This document shows, piece by piece, positions 11,119 through 21,254 of a stretch of 64,000 nt of DNA. Position 1 is the stretch's first letter. The number at the start of each line of letters is the position of its first letter. This DNA comes from Vulcanimicrobiaceae bacterium (lineage in GTDB: Bacteria; Verrucomicrobiota; Verrucomicrobiia; Limisphaerales; Palsa-1400), in the NCBI GenBank assembly GCA_035511075.1, contig DATKFW010000032.1:82950-146949 (forward strand). Reading direction: 5' to 3'. The position numbers were made by a program, and so were the translations under genes. A model generated the notes under the pieces. It did no database searches and was not told the DNA's origin. It saw only the letters and a list, made by a program, of their open reading frames with translations.

Positions 11119-11877
11119 ATGAATTGGACAGGAGACACTGCATCCACACCGGAGGAGGCCAGGTCCGGCGCATTTGCTACTACACATTGGAGCCAGGTGA
11201 TGAGGGCGGGGCAGGATGATCCTGCCGCAGCGGACGCGGCCATGGGGCAACTCTATCAGGTTTACAGGCTCCCGATTTACAATTTCATTTGCCGGCAGTA
11301 CCGCTGCACTCGTCAAGACGCGGAGGATTTGACGCAGGGTTTTTTTGAGCATTTGATCGAAAAGGCGACCGTGAAGCGAGCGGATCGCGAGATCGGAAAG
11401 TTTCGCAATTTTCTGCTGGGGGCGTTGAAGCATTTTCGGGCCAACGAGCGAGACCGAATTCTGGCCGAAAAACGGGGCGGCAAGTGCAAGATCGTCTCCC
11501 TTGATGGGACCGGTGCGCCGGAGATGAGCGGGCAAGAGGCTCCCGTTCCCGTTGCGGCGGATAAGGAATTCAACCGGGATTGGGCCTTCGCGCTCGTAAA
11601 GCAGGCGCGCGAACAACTCAAAGACAAGTACACCAATGAAGGCAAGGCGCTTCTATTCGCCACGATGGAACCGGCCATTCTCCGTGAGGATACTAGAGAC
11701 CTGTATGCGAACTGGGCGGACATCCTGAAGGTGAGCGAGGAAGCCACTGCGGTGGCCTTCCACCGTTTGCGGAGGCGATTTGGCGAGGCTCTGCGCCAGG
11801 AAGTTGCGCGTACGGTGAACGATTCAGGGGACGTCAAAGAGGAACTCCGGTATCTTCTTGCGGCCATGGGGGATTAG
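11119..11877 (+). CDS. ECF-type RNA polymerase sigma factor (Ser/Thr-kinase-linked group)
   Basis: N-terminus ..TTHWSQVMRAGQDDP..A..AMGQLYQVYRLPIYNFICRQ...DAEDLTQGFFEHLIE.., then ..FRNFLLGALKHF...KRGG, typical of the PVC ECF sigmas encoded next to Ser/Thr kinases. No anti-sigma gene is adjacent. Confidence 0.75.
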   Translation: MNWTGDTASTPEEARSGAFATTHWSQVMRAGQDDPAAADAAMGQLYQVYRLPIYNFICRQYRCTRQDAEDLTQGFFEHLIEKATVKRADREIGKFRNFLLGALKHFRANERDRILAEKRGGKCKIVSLDGTGAPEMSGQEAPVPVAADKEFNRDWAFALVKQAREQLKDKYTNEGKALLFATMEPAILREDTRDLYANWADILKVSEEATAVAFHRLRRRFGEALRQEVARTVNDSGDVKEELRYLLAAMGD

Positions 11878-11949
11878 GGGCGTCAGACGCGTTGCTTGTA
11901 ATTGTTCCATTGGTTTGCCGGAGAACAGTCTGTGGGACTGTCGTGAACG

Positions 11950-14742
11950 ATGTCTGAATTACGGAAATGTGCGCGTTGCGGTGCGGAGATTTGGCCCTCG
12001 GCACCCGGTGGTCATTGCCTTCGCTGCGTCCTGGAATTAGCGCTGGCCGAGGACTATGATCCCTCTTCGTCGAACGATCCATCCAAACATGCCGCACCCG
12101 GCGACCGCATCGGCCGCTATCGCCTGATTGAAAGAATTGGAAAGGGTGGCTTCGGCATCGTCTTCAAGGCTGAGCAAGAGGAGCCAATACGCCGATTCGT
12201 CGCCCTCAAAATAATCAAGCTGGGCATGGACACTGAGCATGTGATTGCTCGCTTTGAGGCCGAACGTCAGGCCTTGGCGCTCATGGATCATCCGAACATC
12301 GCAAAAGTCCTGGACGCCGGAGCCGACGCAGCCGGCCGGCCGTATTTCGTCATGGAACTTGTGCCCGGCTCGAAAATCACCGACTACTGCGACGCGCATA
12401 AGCTATCACTCCAACAGCGCCTCGCTTTGTTCATTCAAGTTTGCCAGGCCGTGCAGCACGCGCATCAGAAAGGCGTCATTCATCGGGACATCAAACCGAC
12501 CAATATCCTAGTTAGCGAGGCCAATGGGGTTCCCGTGCCCAAAGTGATTGATTTCGGCATTGCCAGGGCAACACAGAATCAGCGGTTGACGGATGAGAGC
12601 TTTTCGACTGCCTTCACGCAGTTTCTCGGGACTCCCGCTTACATGAGTCCCGAGCAGGCCGGGCTAGGCGGGCAGGATATAGATTCGCGCAGCGACATTT
12701 ACTCTCTCGGCATGTTGCTCTACGAATTGTTGACTTCACAACCTGCTTTTGCCGCGGATACCCTCCATGAAGCTGCCATGGATGAAATTCTGCGCTTCAT
12801 CCGCGAGGAGGAGCCTCCGCGCCCGTCAGTCCGCCTCACGAGGCTGCCCCCGGCGGAACTGGACACGGTGGCCCAGAGTCGCCAAGCCCAACCAGCCAGC
12901 CTTCCAAAACTGCTGCGTGGCGACTTGGACTGGATCGTTATGCGGGCGGTGGAGAAGGATCGCAATCGCCGCTACGAGACGGCCAACGGATTGGCATCGG
13001 ACATTCAGCGGTTCCTGGACCACGAGCCGGTTTTGGCGCGTCCTCCAAGCCAGCTTTACCGTTTTCAGAAAGTGGTTCGCCGGAACCGGCTCGCGTTCGC
13101 CGCCGCCGCCATGGTGTTGGCCGCGCTCATTTTCGGGCTTGGTGTTTCCACGTGGCTTTTCTTGCGCGAAAAAGCGGCCCGTCAACGCGCTGACGCCGCC
13201 GAAGCGACCGCCAAAACGGAAGCCTCCAAGAGCCTTCAAGTGGCGCAGTTCCTCAAAGACATGCTTCTTGGAGTCAGACCCGCTGTGGCGCAAGGCCAGG
13301 ACACCAAACTGCTCCGAGGTATTCTTGACAAAACCGGTGATCGGATCAGCCAGGAGTTGAAAAGCCAGCCGGAGTTGGCATCCGATTTAAACGGCACCCT
13401 GGGCAACGTTTATGAGGCGATCGGAGAGTACGACAAGGCGGAAACTGAGTTGCGAGCAGCCCTGGCGTTGAGAAATGGGAGGGAAGGCGAAGACGCAAAA
13501 ATGGCGGCGTTGCTGGACAGCCTGGGTGCCGTGCTGGCGCGCAAGGGCAAATGGACAGAGGCGGAAACGCTGGACCGCGAGGCACTGCTGATTCAGCGGA
13601 AGATGGGAGATTCCAACAGCCCGGCGATTGCCAAAATCCTGGGGAACCTCGGCAACGCCCTTTGGTACCAACACAAGCTGACCGAGGCCGAACCAATATA
13701 CCGGCAGGCGCTGGCTCTCTCAAAGCAGGTTGGCGGCGGGGAGACCGAGCAGATGGCGACCGCGGTCGGCAACATGGGTGTTTTGCTGGCAGAGCAAGGC
13801 AAGCCCGCCGAAGCGGAGCCGCTATTTCGCCAGGCCCTTGGTCTTCAGGAAAAGCTTCTCGGCACGAACCATCCGCAGGTCGCCAAATCGTTGAGTAACC
13901 TTGGCAACTCCCTGGTGGATCAGGGCAAGCTGGCGGAGGCGGAACCGATGTATCGGGAGTCAGTGGATCTGCGACGGCGGATCCTTGGCAATGAGCATCC
14001 TGACCTGGCGTATTCGCTCAATAATCTCGGCGGCTTGCTATTCAAAGAGGGAAAGTTCGCTGAGGCCGAAGCCGCGCATCGCGAGGCATTCGAGATACGC
14101 AAGAAGCGCTTCGGCGACAGCCACACGGATGTGGCCTTCTCATTAACCAAACTGGCCGACGCAGTCGAAGCTCAGGGCAAGTTCGCCGAGGCCGAGACGC
14201 TCTACCGCCAGGACCTGGTCATGTGCAGGAAGCTTTTTGGAGAGGAGAATCCATCTGTGGCCTATGTACTCAACAACCTTGGCGCAACGCTAAAGGAACT
14301 CGGAAAACTTCCCGATGCGGAAACCACGCTGCGCGACGCACTGGCCATGCGCAAGAAGGTCTTGGGTGAAGAGAATCCAGACGTGGCGGAATCCCTCAGC
14401 GATCTCGCCGATGTCCTCGAACGCGAAGGCAAACTGGCTGAGGCTGAGTCGGCTTGCCGGGATGCCCTGGCATTGCGCGGAAAGACTTTTCCGGACGACT
14501 GGGTCACGTTCGATGTGCGCAGCCAACTGGGCGGTATTCTGGCCGCCAGAACGAACTACGCGGCCGCCGAACCGCTCCTCCTCTCGGGTTACGATGGAAT
14601 GAAGCTGCATGAGGCGATGATTCCCGTTCCAAACAGGTCCCGCCTAAGGAAGGCCCTCCAACGCCTCGTTCGCCTCTACGAGGCCACCGGGAATTCCGCA
14701 AAGGCTGCCCAGCGGCGAACGGAGCTGGAAATCAAACCGTAG
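11950..14742 (+). CDS. membrane-spanning Ser/Thr protein kinase with C-terminal TPR array
   Basis: 930 aa. N-terminal CxxC..CxxC (CARCGAEIWPSAPGGHCLRC). Hanks kinase motifs (VALKII, HRDIKPTNIL, DFGIA, MSPEQ). One TM helix (AFAAAAMVLAALIFGLGVSTWLF). About 10 TPR units with a recurring GK..EAE.LYR.AL pattern. Confidence 0.9.
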   Translation: MSELRKCARCGAEIWPSAPGGHCLRCVLELALAEDYDPSSSNDPSKHAAPGDRIGRYRLIERIGKGGFGIVFKAEQEEPIRRFVALKIIKLGMDTEHVIARFEAERQALALMDHPNIAKVLDAGADAAGRPYFVMELVPGSKITDYCDAHKLSLQQRLALFIQVCQAVQHAHQKGVIHRDIKPTNILVSEANGVPVPKVIDFGIARATQNQRLTDESFSTAFTQFLGTPAYMSPEQAGLGGQDIDSRSDIYSLGMLLYELLTSQPAFAADTLHEAAMDEILRFIREEEPPRPSVRLTRLPPAELDTVAQSRQAQPASLPKLLRGDLDWIVMRAVEKDRNRRYETANGLASDIQRFLDHEPVLARPPSQLYRFQKVVRRNRLAFAAAAMVLAALIFGLGVSTWLFLREKAARQRADAAEATAKTEASKSLQVAQFLKDMLLGVRPAVAQGQDTKLLRGILDKTGDRISQELKSQPELASDLNGTLGNVYEAIGEYDKAETELRAALALRNGREGEDAKMAALLDSLGAVLARKGKWTEAETLDREALLIQRKMGDSNSPAIAKILGNLGNALWYQHKLTEAEPIYRQALALSKQVGGGETEQMATAVGNMGVLLAEQGKPAEAEPLFRQALGLQEKLLGTNHPQVAKSLSNLGNSLVDQGKLAEAEPMYRESVDLRRRILGNEHPDLAYSLNNLGGLLFKEGKFAEAEAAHREAFEIRKKRFGDSHTDVAFSLTKLADAVEAQGKFAEAETLYRQDLVMCRKLFGEENPSVAYVLNNLGATLKELGKLPDAETTLRDALAMRKKVLGEENPDVAESLSDLADVLEREGKLAEAESACRDALALRGKTFPDDWVTFDVRSQLGGILAARTNYAAAEPLLLSGYDGMKLHEAMIPVPNRSRLRKALQRLVRLYEATGNSAKAAQRRTELEIKP

Positions 14743-15134
14743 ATCGTCGGCGCTTTGGGTTCCTTGATGACAGTGCTACCCGCAACGGATGGGCTGGGAG
14801 CGAAAGCTCAAGAATAATCAACTGCAAGCCATTGATAATCGACGGGTAGTGATTATTCTTAAAATTCCCTGTAATTCTGGCGGAACTTTGCCTGAAGGCT
14901 ATGCGACGGGCGGTGTGTCGCCTGCCGAAAAGGTATGTCAAATATACAAAGTGACGCCGAAATCAATGAAAGAATGGAAACCGCGCGCACGGCCGGTCGG
15001 CTCCGCCTTGGTCCGGCGGCCGCCGAAAGCGGCCCCCCGTTCCCGCGGACAGCATCAATTGTTTGTCAGATTTCAAAACTTCGTCCGTATTTCGGCCCAA
15101 GGGCAACCGATAATCACATGCGCCAATCTAAACA

Positions 15135-16562
15135 ATGAGCAAACACATAACTATGAAAACACAACTACAATTATTCCCGTTGAATCTGAGATCAAACTTT
15201 CGATTCCTAATTCTTAGCCTGGTCACCGTCTGTTTGTCCGTTCCAGGCGTAGCGCGCGCGCAAACCGTCGTCTGGTCGGAAACCTTTGCCGATGGAAATG
15301 GCAATAGCCGATGGTATGCTGACGAGGGTGTCTGGCAAATAGGGTCCCCTACCATAGGGCCTGAAACAAATTCCGCCGGAGACCGCACCTACCCCGCCTA
15401 CGCGGATGCCACCTTGTGCCCATACTGCGCCACTACCGGGTTAACCGGAAACTATCCATCCGGCATGGATTCGAGGTTAATACGCATCCAGACATTTACT
15501 GTTCCTCCTGCCAATCTATTTCCGCGCCTGCGATTCTGGCATTGGTATAGTTTTGCCTGCGCATTTTACGGCTGCGATTATGGCGTAGTGGAGATTCAGG
15601 TCGGAAATAGTGGCTGGCAGGCGGTGTCTCCGAACTACACGGAATACTGCGGGGACTGGACTTATGCTTCAATTGACTTGAGCGCTTTTGCCGGAGAGAC
15701 GGTGCAATTGGCCTTTCATGCCGTGTACATAAACGGTCAGAACGCCACGAATCCAGGCTGGTATGTGGATGACATTGCCCTTGAAGAAGGAACGCCAGTG
15801 TTCAATAATCCTGAAGGCTGGACAAACGGGATTGGGGATTGGTATGCGGAACAGGGAACCTGGCAGGTGGGATCGCCTACAAAGAGTTCCGGTCCTGCAA
15901 CAAATTCACTTGGCGCTCAGGCTTATGAAGGAACCAACTGCGCGGTGACTTTATTGAATTCCGACTACCAAGCTGGCATGAATTCCCGCCTTATTTCTCC
16001 CTATTTTGTACTTCCGCCTCCTTCTTCCAGCCCGTACCTTCGTTTTTGGCACTGGTATAGTTTCGCTTGCGCCTTTTACGGCTGCGATTACGGTTTAGTG
16101 GAGATCCAAGTTGGAACAAATGACTGGCAGGCGGTATCTCCTCAATACACAGAGTATAGTGGGAGCTGGACCGAGCCATTTGTTGATCTCACGAGTTTCG
16201 GAGGACAGACAGTGCGACTGGCCTTCGAGGCCGTGTATGTGAACGGTCAGGGTGCCGTTAATTCAGGCTGGTATGTGGATAACATTCAGGTCTATCCTTA
16301 CGCAGCCTCCGCCTCCAATCCATACATAAACATAAGTATGGATTCAACCGGAACAAACGTTGTTATGAATTGGACTTCGCTGGCCAATTACGCTGACTAC
16401 ACTCTGCAATCCATCACCAATCCTGTTTCACAGACGACTTGGAATACCCAGACAAATTGGAATACCGTTTCGACGGCGCCGGTCGTCGTCAACGGACAAA
16501 ACGTAGTGACCAATCCGGTCTCCGGAGCGTCACAGTTTTACCGGCTGGTACTCCCTCAGTAA
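15135..16562 (+). CDS. secreted protein with two tandem MAM/jelly-roll-like (choice-of-anchor-J-like) domains and a C-terminal FYRL module
   Basis: Signal peptide (..LVTVCLSVPGVARAQ). Two ~170-aa units sharing RFWHWYSFACAFYGCDYG(V/L)VEIQVG..WQAVSP.YTEY...VDL..F.G.TV.LAF.AVY.NGQ......GWYVD. The family name is tentative. Confidence 0.7.
   Translation: MSKHITMKTQLQLFPLNLRSNFRFLILSLVTVCLSVPGVARAQTVVWSETFADGNGNSRWYADEGVWQIGSPTIGPETNSAGDRTYPAYADATLCPYCATTGLTGNYPSGMDSRLIRIQTFTVPPANLFPRLRFWHWYSFACAFYGCDYGVVEIQVGNSGWQAVSPNYTEYCGDWTYASIDLSAFAGETVQLAFHAVYINGQNATNPGWYVDDIALEEGTPVFNNPEGWTNGIGDWYAEQGTWQVGSPTKSSGPATNSLGAQAYEGTNCAVTLLNSDYQAGMNSRLISPYFVLPPPSSSPYLRFWHWYSFACAFYGCDYGLVEIQVGTNDWQAVSPQYTEYSGSWTEPFVDLTSFGGQTVRLAFEAVYVNGQGAVNSGWYVDNIQVYPYAASASNPYINISMDSTGTNVVMNWTSLANYADYTLQSITNPVSQTTWNTQTNWNTVSTAPVVVNGQNVVTNPVSGASQFYRLVLPQ
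15264..16295 (+). repeat. intragenic tandem duplication (unit 1 15264-15791, unit 2 15792-16295)
   Basis: The two units align at protein level and locally at nucleotide level (e.g. tggcattggtatagttttgcctgcgcattttacggctgcgattatgg versus tggcactggtatagtttcgcttgcgccttttacggctgcgattacgg). Confidence 0.85.
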
Positions 16563-16629
16563 GGACTCGATCGAATACAAGACTCCCATAAGTATGAAGT
16601 GAGAATGGCTCGTCCTGTTAAGATTAGAA

Positions 16630-17889
16630 TTAAGGGGACGCATCCCCTTCCGGCAGGAAAATGGAGGCGAATGCGGCCAGGACGAACAGGCCGCCGATGG
16701 CCATCAGGGCGTTGCGGAAATCCCCGATCTGGAGGTAAAGGCCGAAAATGACGGTGCCAATGGCGGCGGCGACGCGTCCGATGTTGAAGCAGAAGCCGGC
16801 CCCTGTCGTGCGCAGCAGGGTCGGAAACAACGGCGGCAGATACATCGTGAACAGACCAAATATGCCCGAACAAAATCCAATCGTCGGCAGCCAAAACATC
16901 AACGCCTCATAGCCGCGCGGGATATGGTAGGTCAGGTAAAACGTAGCGGCGAAAGCCAGGGAACCGCCAAGGATGACGCGGCGGTAACCGAGGAAGGTCG
17001 CCAGCCACGAAACGAAAAAGTTGCCAGCCATCGAAACAAAAATGATGAGGAAAAACGCCTTGGTCACCAGTTGCCGTTTTGCCGACGCGGTCCAGGAGGC
17101 AAGCTCCGGGAGGCTTTGCAAATGTTGGGGGTTCCAAAACAGAAACGCCCACCAACCGGTCAGCGTCAGCGAACAAACCGCGGTGGTCAGGAGCGTGGTG
17201 CGGGCCAGTTTGCCCCGAAAGAGTTCTTTGACGGACGGCTTCGGTGCGGAAGCGGTCTGGGCGGCGCGCCATTCCTCCGGTTCGGGAACGCGCCGGCGAA
17301 TCCAAAAGACTATCAGCGCGGGAATGACCCCGATTAGAAAGAGGTATCGGGGCGGGTATGGAGCCAGAACGTAGGCAAACAGGCATGCGCAAAGGATTCC
17401 GACGTTGACGCCGCATTGCAGGACGGCGGCGATCCAGGGCCCCCAGCGCCTGGGCCAGGTTTCCGAAAGCAGGCACGCGCCGACGGCCCATTCTCCGCCG
17501 ATGCCCAGCGCGGAGACAAAGCGGAAAATGAGCAATTGCCACCAGGTCCGGGCGAAGAAAGAAAGGCCGGTAAAGGCCGCGTAAGTGAGAATTGTCAGGC
17601 TCAGGGCGCGGCTGCGTCCGAGGCGGTCGCCAAGGCGCCCAAAGAAGCCGCCGCCCAGCGCCCATCCGATCAGAAAGGAGGCTTGAATCCAGGAACTGTA
17701 TTTCTTGACCAGGGGATCGCCGGCGTCGGCAACGTTGAGGAGGTGGGCGACGAAAGGAGCGGCCACCAGTGTGTAAAGATGAATGTCCAGGCCATCGAAA
17801 AACCACCCCATCCACGCCGCAATTCCGGTCTTCCATTGCAACGGCGAAAGATCGCGCAGCCGGTATCGTGGGGCATCGGATGGCGGCAT
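16630..17889 (-). CDS. MFS transporter (sugar/organic-acid porter-like)
   Basis: 419 aa with 12 hydrophobic segments. MFS loop motif GRLGDRLGRSR between TM2 and TM3. Confidence 0.8.
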   Translation of the reverse strand: MPPSDAPRYRLRDLSPLQWKTGIAAWMGWFFDGLDIHLYTLVAAPFVAHLLNVADAGDPLVKKYSSWIQASFLIGWALGGGFFGRLGDRLGRSRALSLTILTYAAFTGLSFFARTWWQLLIFRFVSALGIGGEWAVGACLLSETWPRRWGPWIAAVLQCGVNVGILCACLFAYVLAPYPPRYLFLIGVIPALIVFWIRRRVPEPEEWRAAQTASAPKPSVKELFRGKLARTTLLTTAVCSLTLTGWWAFLFWNPQHLQSLPELASWTASAKRQLVTKAFFLIIFVSMAGNFFVSWLATFLGYRRVILGGSLAFAATFYLTYHIPRGYEALMFWLPTIGFCSGIFGLFTMYLPPLFPTLLRTTGAGFCFNIGRVAAAIGTVIFGLYLQIGDFRNALMAIGGLFVLAAFASIFLPEGDASP

Positions 17890-17900
17890 GGAATGCGCGA

Positions 17901-19088
17901 CTATTTCCCCTGTCCCTGCGCCTGGAGCCAGCGTTGGAAGGCTTCGGGACCGAGGAGTTGCTCCAGGGATTGTTGTTGCTGGACTTGTGTCTGGGCGAGG
18001 GCCTCGACTTTTTCGTCGTTGCTTAAAGTGTCATCGTTTCGGATGCGGTTGAGTTCGGCCTGGGTGGCGCGGTTGATGTCATAGAGCGGTGTGATGGCGG
18101 TTGCCGGGACGCCCAGTTGCTCGATGGTTGTCTTGGAGGAACGGTAAAGCGGGTCCTGATTAAGTTGGTAGGCTGAATAGACCTGCTGGCCCAGGACCGT
18201 CTTCATCAGAGCCTGGCTCTGGGCTTGAAGTTGCTGTTGCTGCCGGAGCAATTGCGGGTCGTCACCCGAATAAAAATAGACCGGCTGGCCGATGATTGAG
18301 CCGACGGCGTTGAATAGATCGTGGAATTGATCCTGGGACAAATCCATGCCGCGCATCTCCTCGCGCAATTGCTGGGCCGCGGGCGAATAGCGGAGCACGA
18401 ATTCGTCGTATTGCGGCGGCGCCAGGATGGTGACCAATTGGACGAACGGATCTTCGCGAAGCCGGACCATTTGCATCGGGTCGACGGGCTTGCCCAGGCG
18501 GGCCTGCTCTTCCTGGTAGGCCTCGATTTTTTCCTGGGCGTCGGCGATAATGATGAACGCGCCCTCCTTGACGTCGGGGGGCAGATCGCCGAGAACCGGT
18601 CCGGTCAACGTGATGCCCGCGCGCGCGGCGACGAGCGCCTTGCTCTCGGTGTTCCAACCGGGTCCCAACAGCGACGAGAGCAGTTCGCGCCGTTCGGCGT
18701 CGAGGCTTTGAATTTTAGCGTTCGCGGCCTCGACCAGGGCCGGGTCGGGGTCCGAGCGCCACCATTGGTAATTTGGATAGTCGACTTCGGTCACGCGGCG
18801 GCGAGCGTAGAGGCGATTGATTTCGGCGGAGACGATGTCGGATATGGTCCGGTCGGGGCAACCGACGGCGCGGAGGTTTTTGATGAATTCGACGTAGTTG
18901 GTTGATGAGATCTGGTCCCAGGTGAAATTCTCGTGGCGCACCACGACGTTGGTCTTGAGCACAGGGCCATTGAAGTCGGGGGAAGCTGGCGGAGGCGGCT
19001 CACGGAACGGTTCGGTGGCGACATAAAGGCAGACTGCCGCGAACACGTTGAAGGCAATCGAGAGAACCAGCCAAAGCCGCACGCGCAT
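17901..19088 (-). CDS. hypothetical membrane-anchored protein
   Basis: 395 aa. Single N-terminal TM (MRVRLWLVLSIAFNVFAAVCLYV), then a soluble Gln-rich domain. No recognisable family. Codon usage resembles its neighbours. Confidence 0.5.
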   Translation of the reverse strand: MRVRLWLVLSIAFNVFAAVCLYVATEPFREPPPPASPDFNGPVLKTNVVVRHENFTWDQISSTNYVEFIKNLRAVGCPDRTISDIVSAEINRLYARRRVTEVDYPNYQWWRSDPDPALVEAANAKIQSLDAERRELLSSLLGPGWNTESKALVAARAGITLTGPVLGDLPPDVKEGAFIIIADAQEKIEAYQEEQARLGKPVDPMQMVRLREDPFVQLVTILAPPQYDEFVLRYSPAAQQLREEMRGMDLSQDQFHDLFNAVGSIIGQPVYFYSGDDPQLLRQQQQLQAQSQALMKTVLGQQVYSAYQLNQDPLYRSSKTTIEQLGVPATAITPLYDINRATQAELNRIRNDDTLSNDEKVEALAQTQVQQQQSLEQLLGPEAFQRWLQAQGQGK

Positions 19089-19144
19089 GACGGTATATTC
19101 CCCAAATGCAATCCCGATGCAACCGTTTTATGGCCGGGCGCGCA

Positions 19145-19825
19145 TCACTTGTGCAGGACCCAATCAAATATAATTTTGACGTCGGGACCGGTTTTCATCA
19201 GCCCCAGGCCAAAGCTCGGCGCGGGAGGCGTGATGCCGAAATCGGTCATCTTGACCGGGACCGTGCCGCTGACCTTGATGTGGCTGTCATCCATGCATTC
19301 GATGACGATGGGGAAGGTGGCGTTGTTGGTCACGCCGGAGATGGCGAGGTCGCCAGTGACGTCGAAGTCAAAGGGTTTGCCCGCGTCGTGCGGACCCTTG
19401 AAGGTCATCTCCTTCAAAGTGAATTGGATCCTGGGAAATTGAGACTCTTTGAGCGCGTCCTGCATAAGATGATCCATGACGTCGGGCATATGCTCGGCCT
19501 TGCTGTGAACGCCGCGGACGGGGATGATGACGCGGGCCGTGGCAGGCACCTTGTCGCCTTGAATTCCGGCGATGCTGGTTTGCGCCGGGTCCAACTGGAC
19601 GCCGGCGCCAAAGTCGATGAAACCGCCAACCAAGGTTCCTTCCATCTCCCAATCATGGAGGCTCGAAGTGCCTTCGACCTTGACTGAGCTGCCATTGGGC
19701 TGGCTGGTGTAATGGGTTTGGGCGGTTGCCGGGATCGCGGGAGCAAGGAAAAGCGTCCCAACAACCAGCGTGAAGGCGGCGGCCGATTGAAGGTTTTTGG
19801 GAATAAGCGGTGTGGGAAAATTCAT
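19145..19825 (-). CDS. YceI-like periplasmic (polyisoprenoid-binding) protein
   Basis: Start at MNFPTPLIP...AIPATAQ (signal). Then ..SSVKVEGTSSLHDWEMEGT.. and ..VTGDLAISGVTN.., typical YceI-family motifs. The ATG overlaps the upstream stop (ATGA at 19822-19825). Confidence 0.8.
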   Translation of the reverse strand: MNFPTPLIPKNLQSAAAFTLVVGTLFLAPAIPATAQTHYTSQPNGSSVKVEGTSSLHDWEMEGTLVGGFIDFGAGVQLDPAQTSIAGIQGDKVPATARVIIPVRGVHSKAEHMPDVMDHLMQDALKESQFPRIQFTLKEMTFKGPHDAGKPFDFDVTGDLAISGVTNNATFPIVIECMDDSHIKVSGTVPVKMTDFGITPPAPSFGLGLMKTGPDVKIIFDWVLHK

Positions 19826-21201
19826 ATCTCGAACCATTCGTCCTTAAACGTGATTTTTTGTTTCTTGACAGCGGCCTCGTTGCCTATGATTGCCATGACA
19901 GTCGCGTCCAAACCATCCTGCCAGGAGGCGGCGGGCTGGATGTTCAAGGCCTTGATCTTGTCAATCAAGTCCTTGAAGTCGCCGTCGCCGTAGAGATCGG
20001 TGAAATCCTTGGTCGTCTGGCTGACTTGGCCGACGTTTCTGGCGAACGCGTCGAGAGCGTAATAGAGGGGTGTATGTTCATAGGGCTTGGTCGAAGCGGC
20101 GTTTCCCACCAGAGCCGATTGGTGGCTGCCATTGGCAATGAGCATGATGCCGGACTCCTTGTAAAAGGTGTCTTTGCGCGCGTAAACTTCCCATCCGCCC
20201 AGAGGCGCGCCGGCTTCCTTGAATTGCCAGGCCTTGGAGTCGCGCACCATGATCGTGGACTCGGTGCCGTAATACATCTCGTAGGCGTCATCGAAGGAGT
20301 TGCACAGGGTGGCGTCGTACATGCCATTGACGCCGCCGGGAAATTCAAAAACAGCCTGCACGGTGTCGGCAACATCGCGTCCGTCCTTCCATAGTATCAA
20401 GGAGCTGAAACCGGTCACCGCAACCGGGCGGTTTTTCAAGAACCACGAAACGACGTCGATCTGGTGAACCCCGACTTCTCCGATGAGGCCGATGCTGGAT
20501 TTCTGGTCGAGCCGCCAATTCAAGGCCAAGGCTCGTTGGTCATTGGGCGATTCGCGGCGCCAACTGTCGTACTGGTGCCACTGGGCGCGGGCCATGACGT
20601 CCCTGCCCAGCGCGCCGCTGCGAATGAATGGGACCAGAAATTGCCGCTGAGGATGCGAGCGCTCCTGCAAACCGGCCTGGAAAACAATTTTGACCGCGTC
20701 GCGCGCCGCCGTGGCGATGGCTTTGGCGTCTTCGATGGTATTGGCCAGCGGAGCTTCGCAATACACGTGCTTGTTTGCGGCGATCGCGGCCAGCGCGATC
20801 TCGCGGTGCGTCCCGGTCGGCGTGGCGATGACGACGGCCTGAACATTGGGGTCGGCCAGGAGTTCCTTGTAATCGGCGTAGGTCTTGGAATTTGCCGCTT
20901 CCTGGCCGGCTTTGTGAAGGGCATGCGGGTAATTATCGCACACGGCGACCACCGGCGCATACGGCATGAGGGAAAGCTGGTGAAGAATTTCGCGGCCCCA
21001 GTCGTTGACGCCGATGACGCCGAAGTTGACTGTCGGCGGGGGCGGGATTTTGGTCAGTGGGGCTTCGCCGGCTGGGGCGGCTTTAGAGGTGTCCTGGGCG
21101 CGCAATTCCACGCCGCCCATAAGGGTCATCAAGGTGGCCAGCGATGTGTTTTTCAGAAACTCCCGACGATTGGACTCCGACAGTGGATCTTTGTCATTCA
21201 T
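19822..21201 (-). CDS. Gfo/Idh/MocA-family oxidoreductase with twin-arginine signal
   Basis: MNDKDPLSESNRREFLKNTSLATLMTLMGGV (Tat-type signal). Rossmann N-domain NFGVIGVNDWGREIL. EAPLANT motif typical of the family. Confidence 0.85.
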   Translation of the reverse strand: MNDKDPLSESNRREFLKNTSLATLMTLMGGVELRAQDTSKAAPAGEAPLTKIPPPPTVNFGVIGVNDWGREILHQLSLMPYAPVVAVCDNYPHALHKAGQEAANSKTYADYKELLADPNVQAVVIATPTGTHREIALAAIAANKHVYCEAPLANTIEDAKAIATAARDAVKIVFQAGLQERSHPQRQFLVPFIRSGALGRDVMARAQWHQYDSWRRESPNDQRALALNWRLDQKSSIGLIGEVGVHQIDVVSWFLKNRPVAVTGFSSLILWKDGRDVADTVQAVFEFPGGVNGMYDATLCNSFDDAYEMYYGTESTIMVRDSKAWQFKEAGAPLGGWEVYARKDTFYKESGIMLIANGSHQSALVGNAASTKPYEHTPLYYALDAFARNVGQVSQTTKDFTDLYGDGDFKDLIDKIKALNIQPAASWQDGLDATVMAIIGNEAAVKKQKITFKDEWFEI

Positions 21202-21254
21202 GAATAATATCGCTAAAGGAAGCCATGAAGAGACAGAAAATGGCAAGCAGTAAT

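Noticed and set aside
15264-16295. Diversity-generating retroelement (template/variable repeat) explanation for the two similar units
   Set aside because: Differences between the units involve all four bases rather than adenine-specific substitutions. The units are in-frame domains of one protein, and no reverse transcriptase is present in the window.
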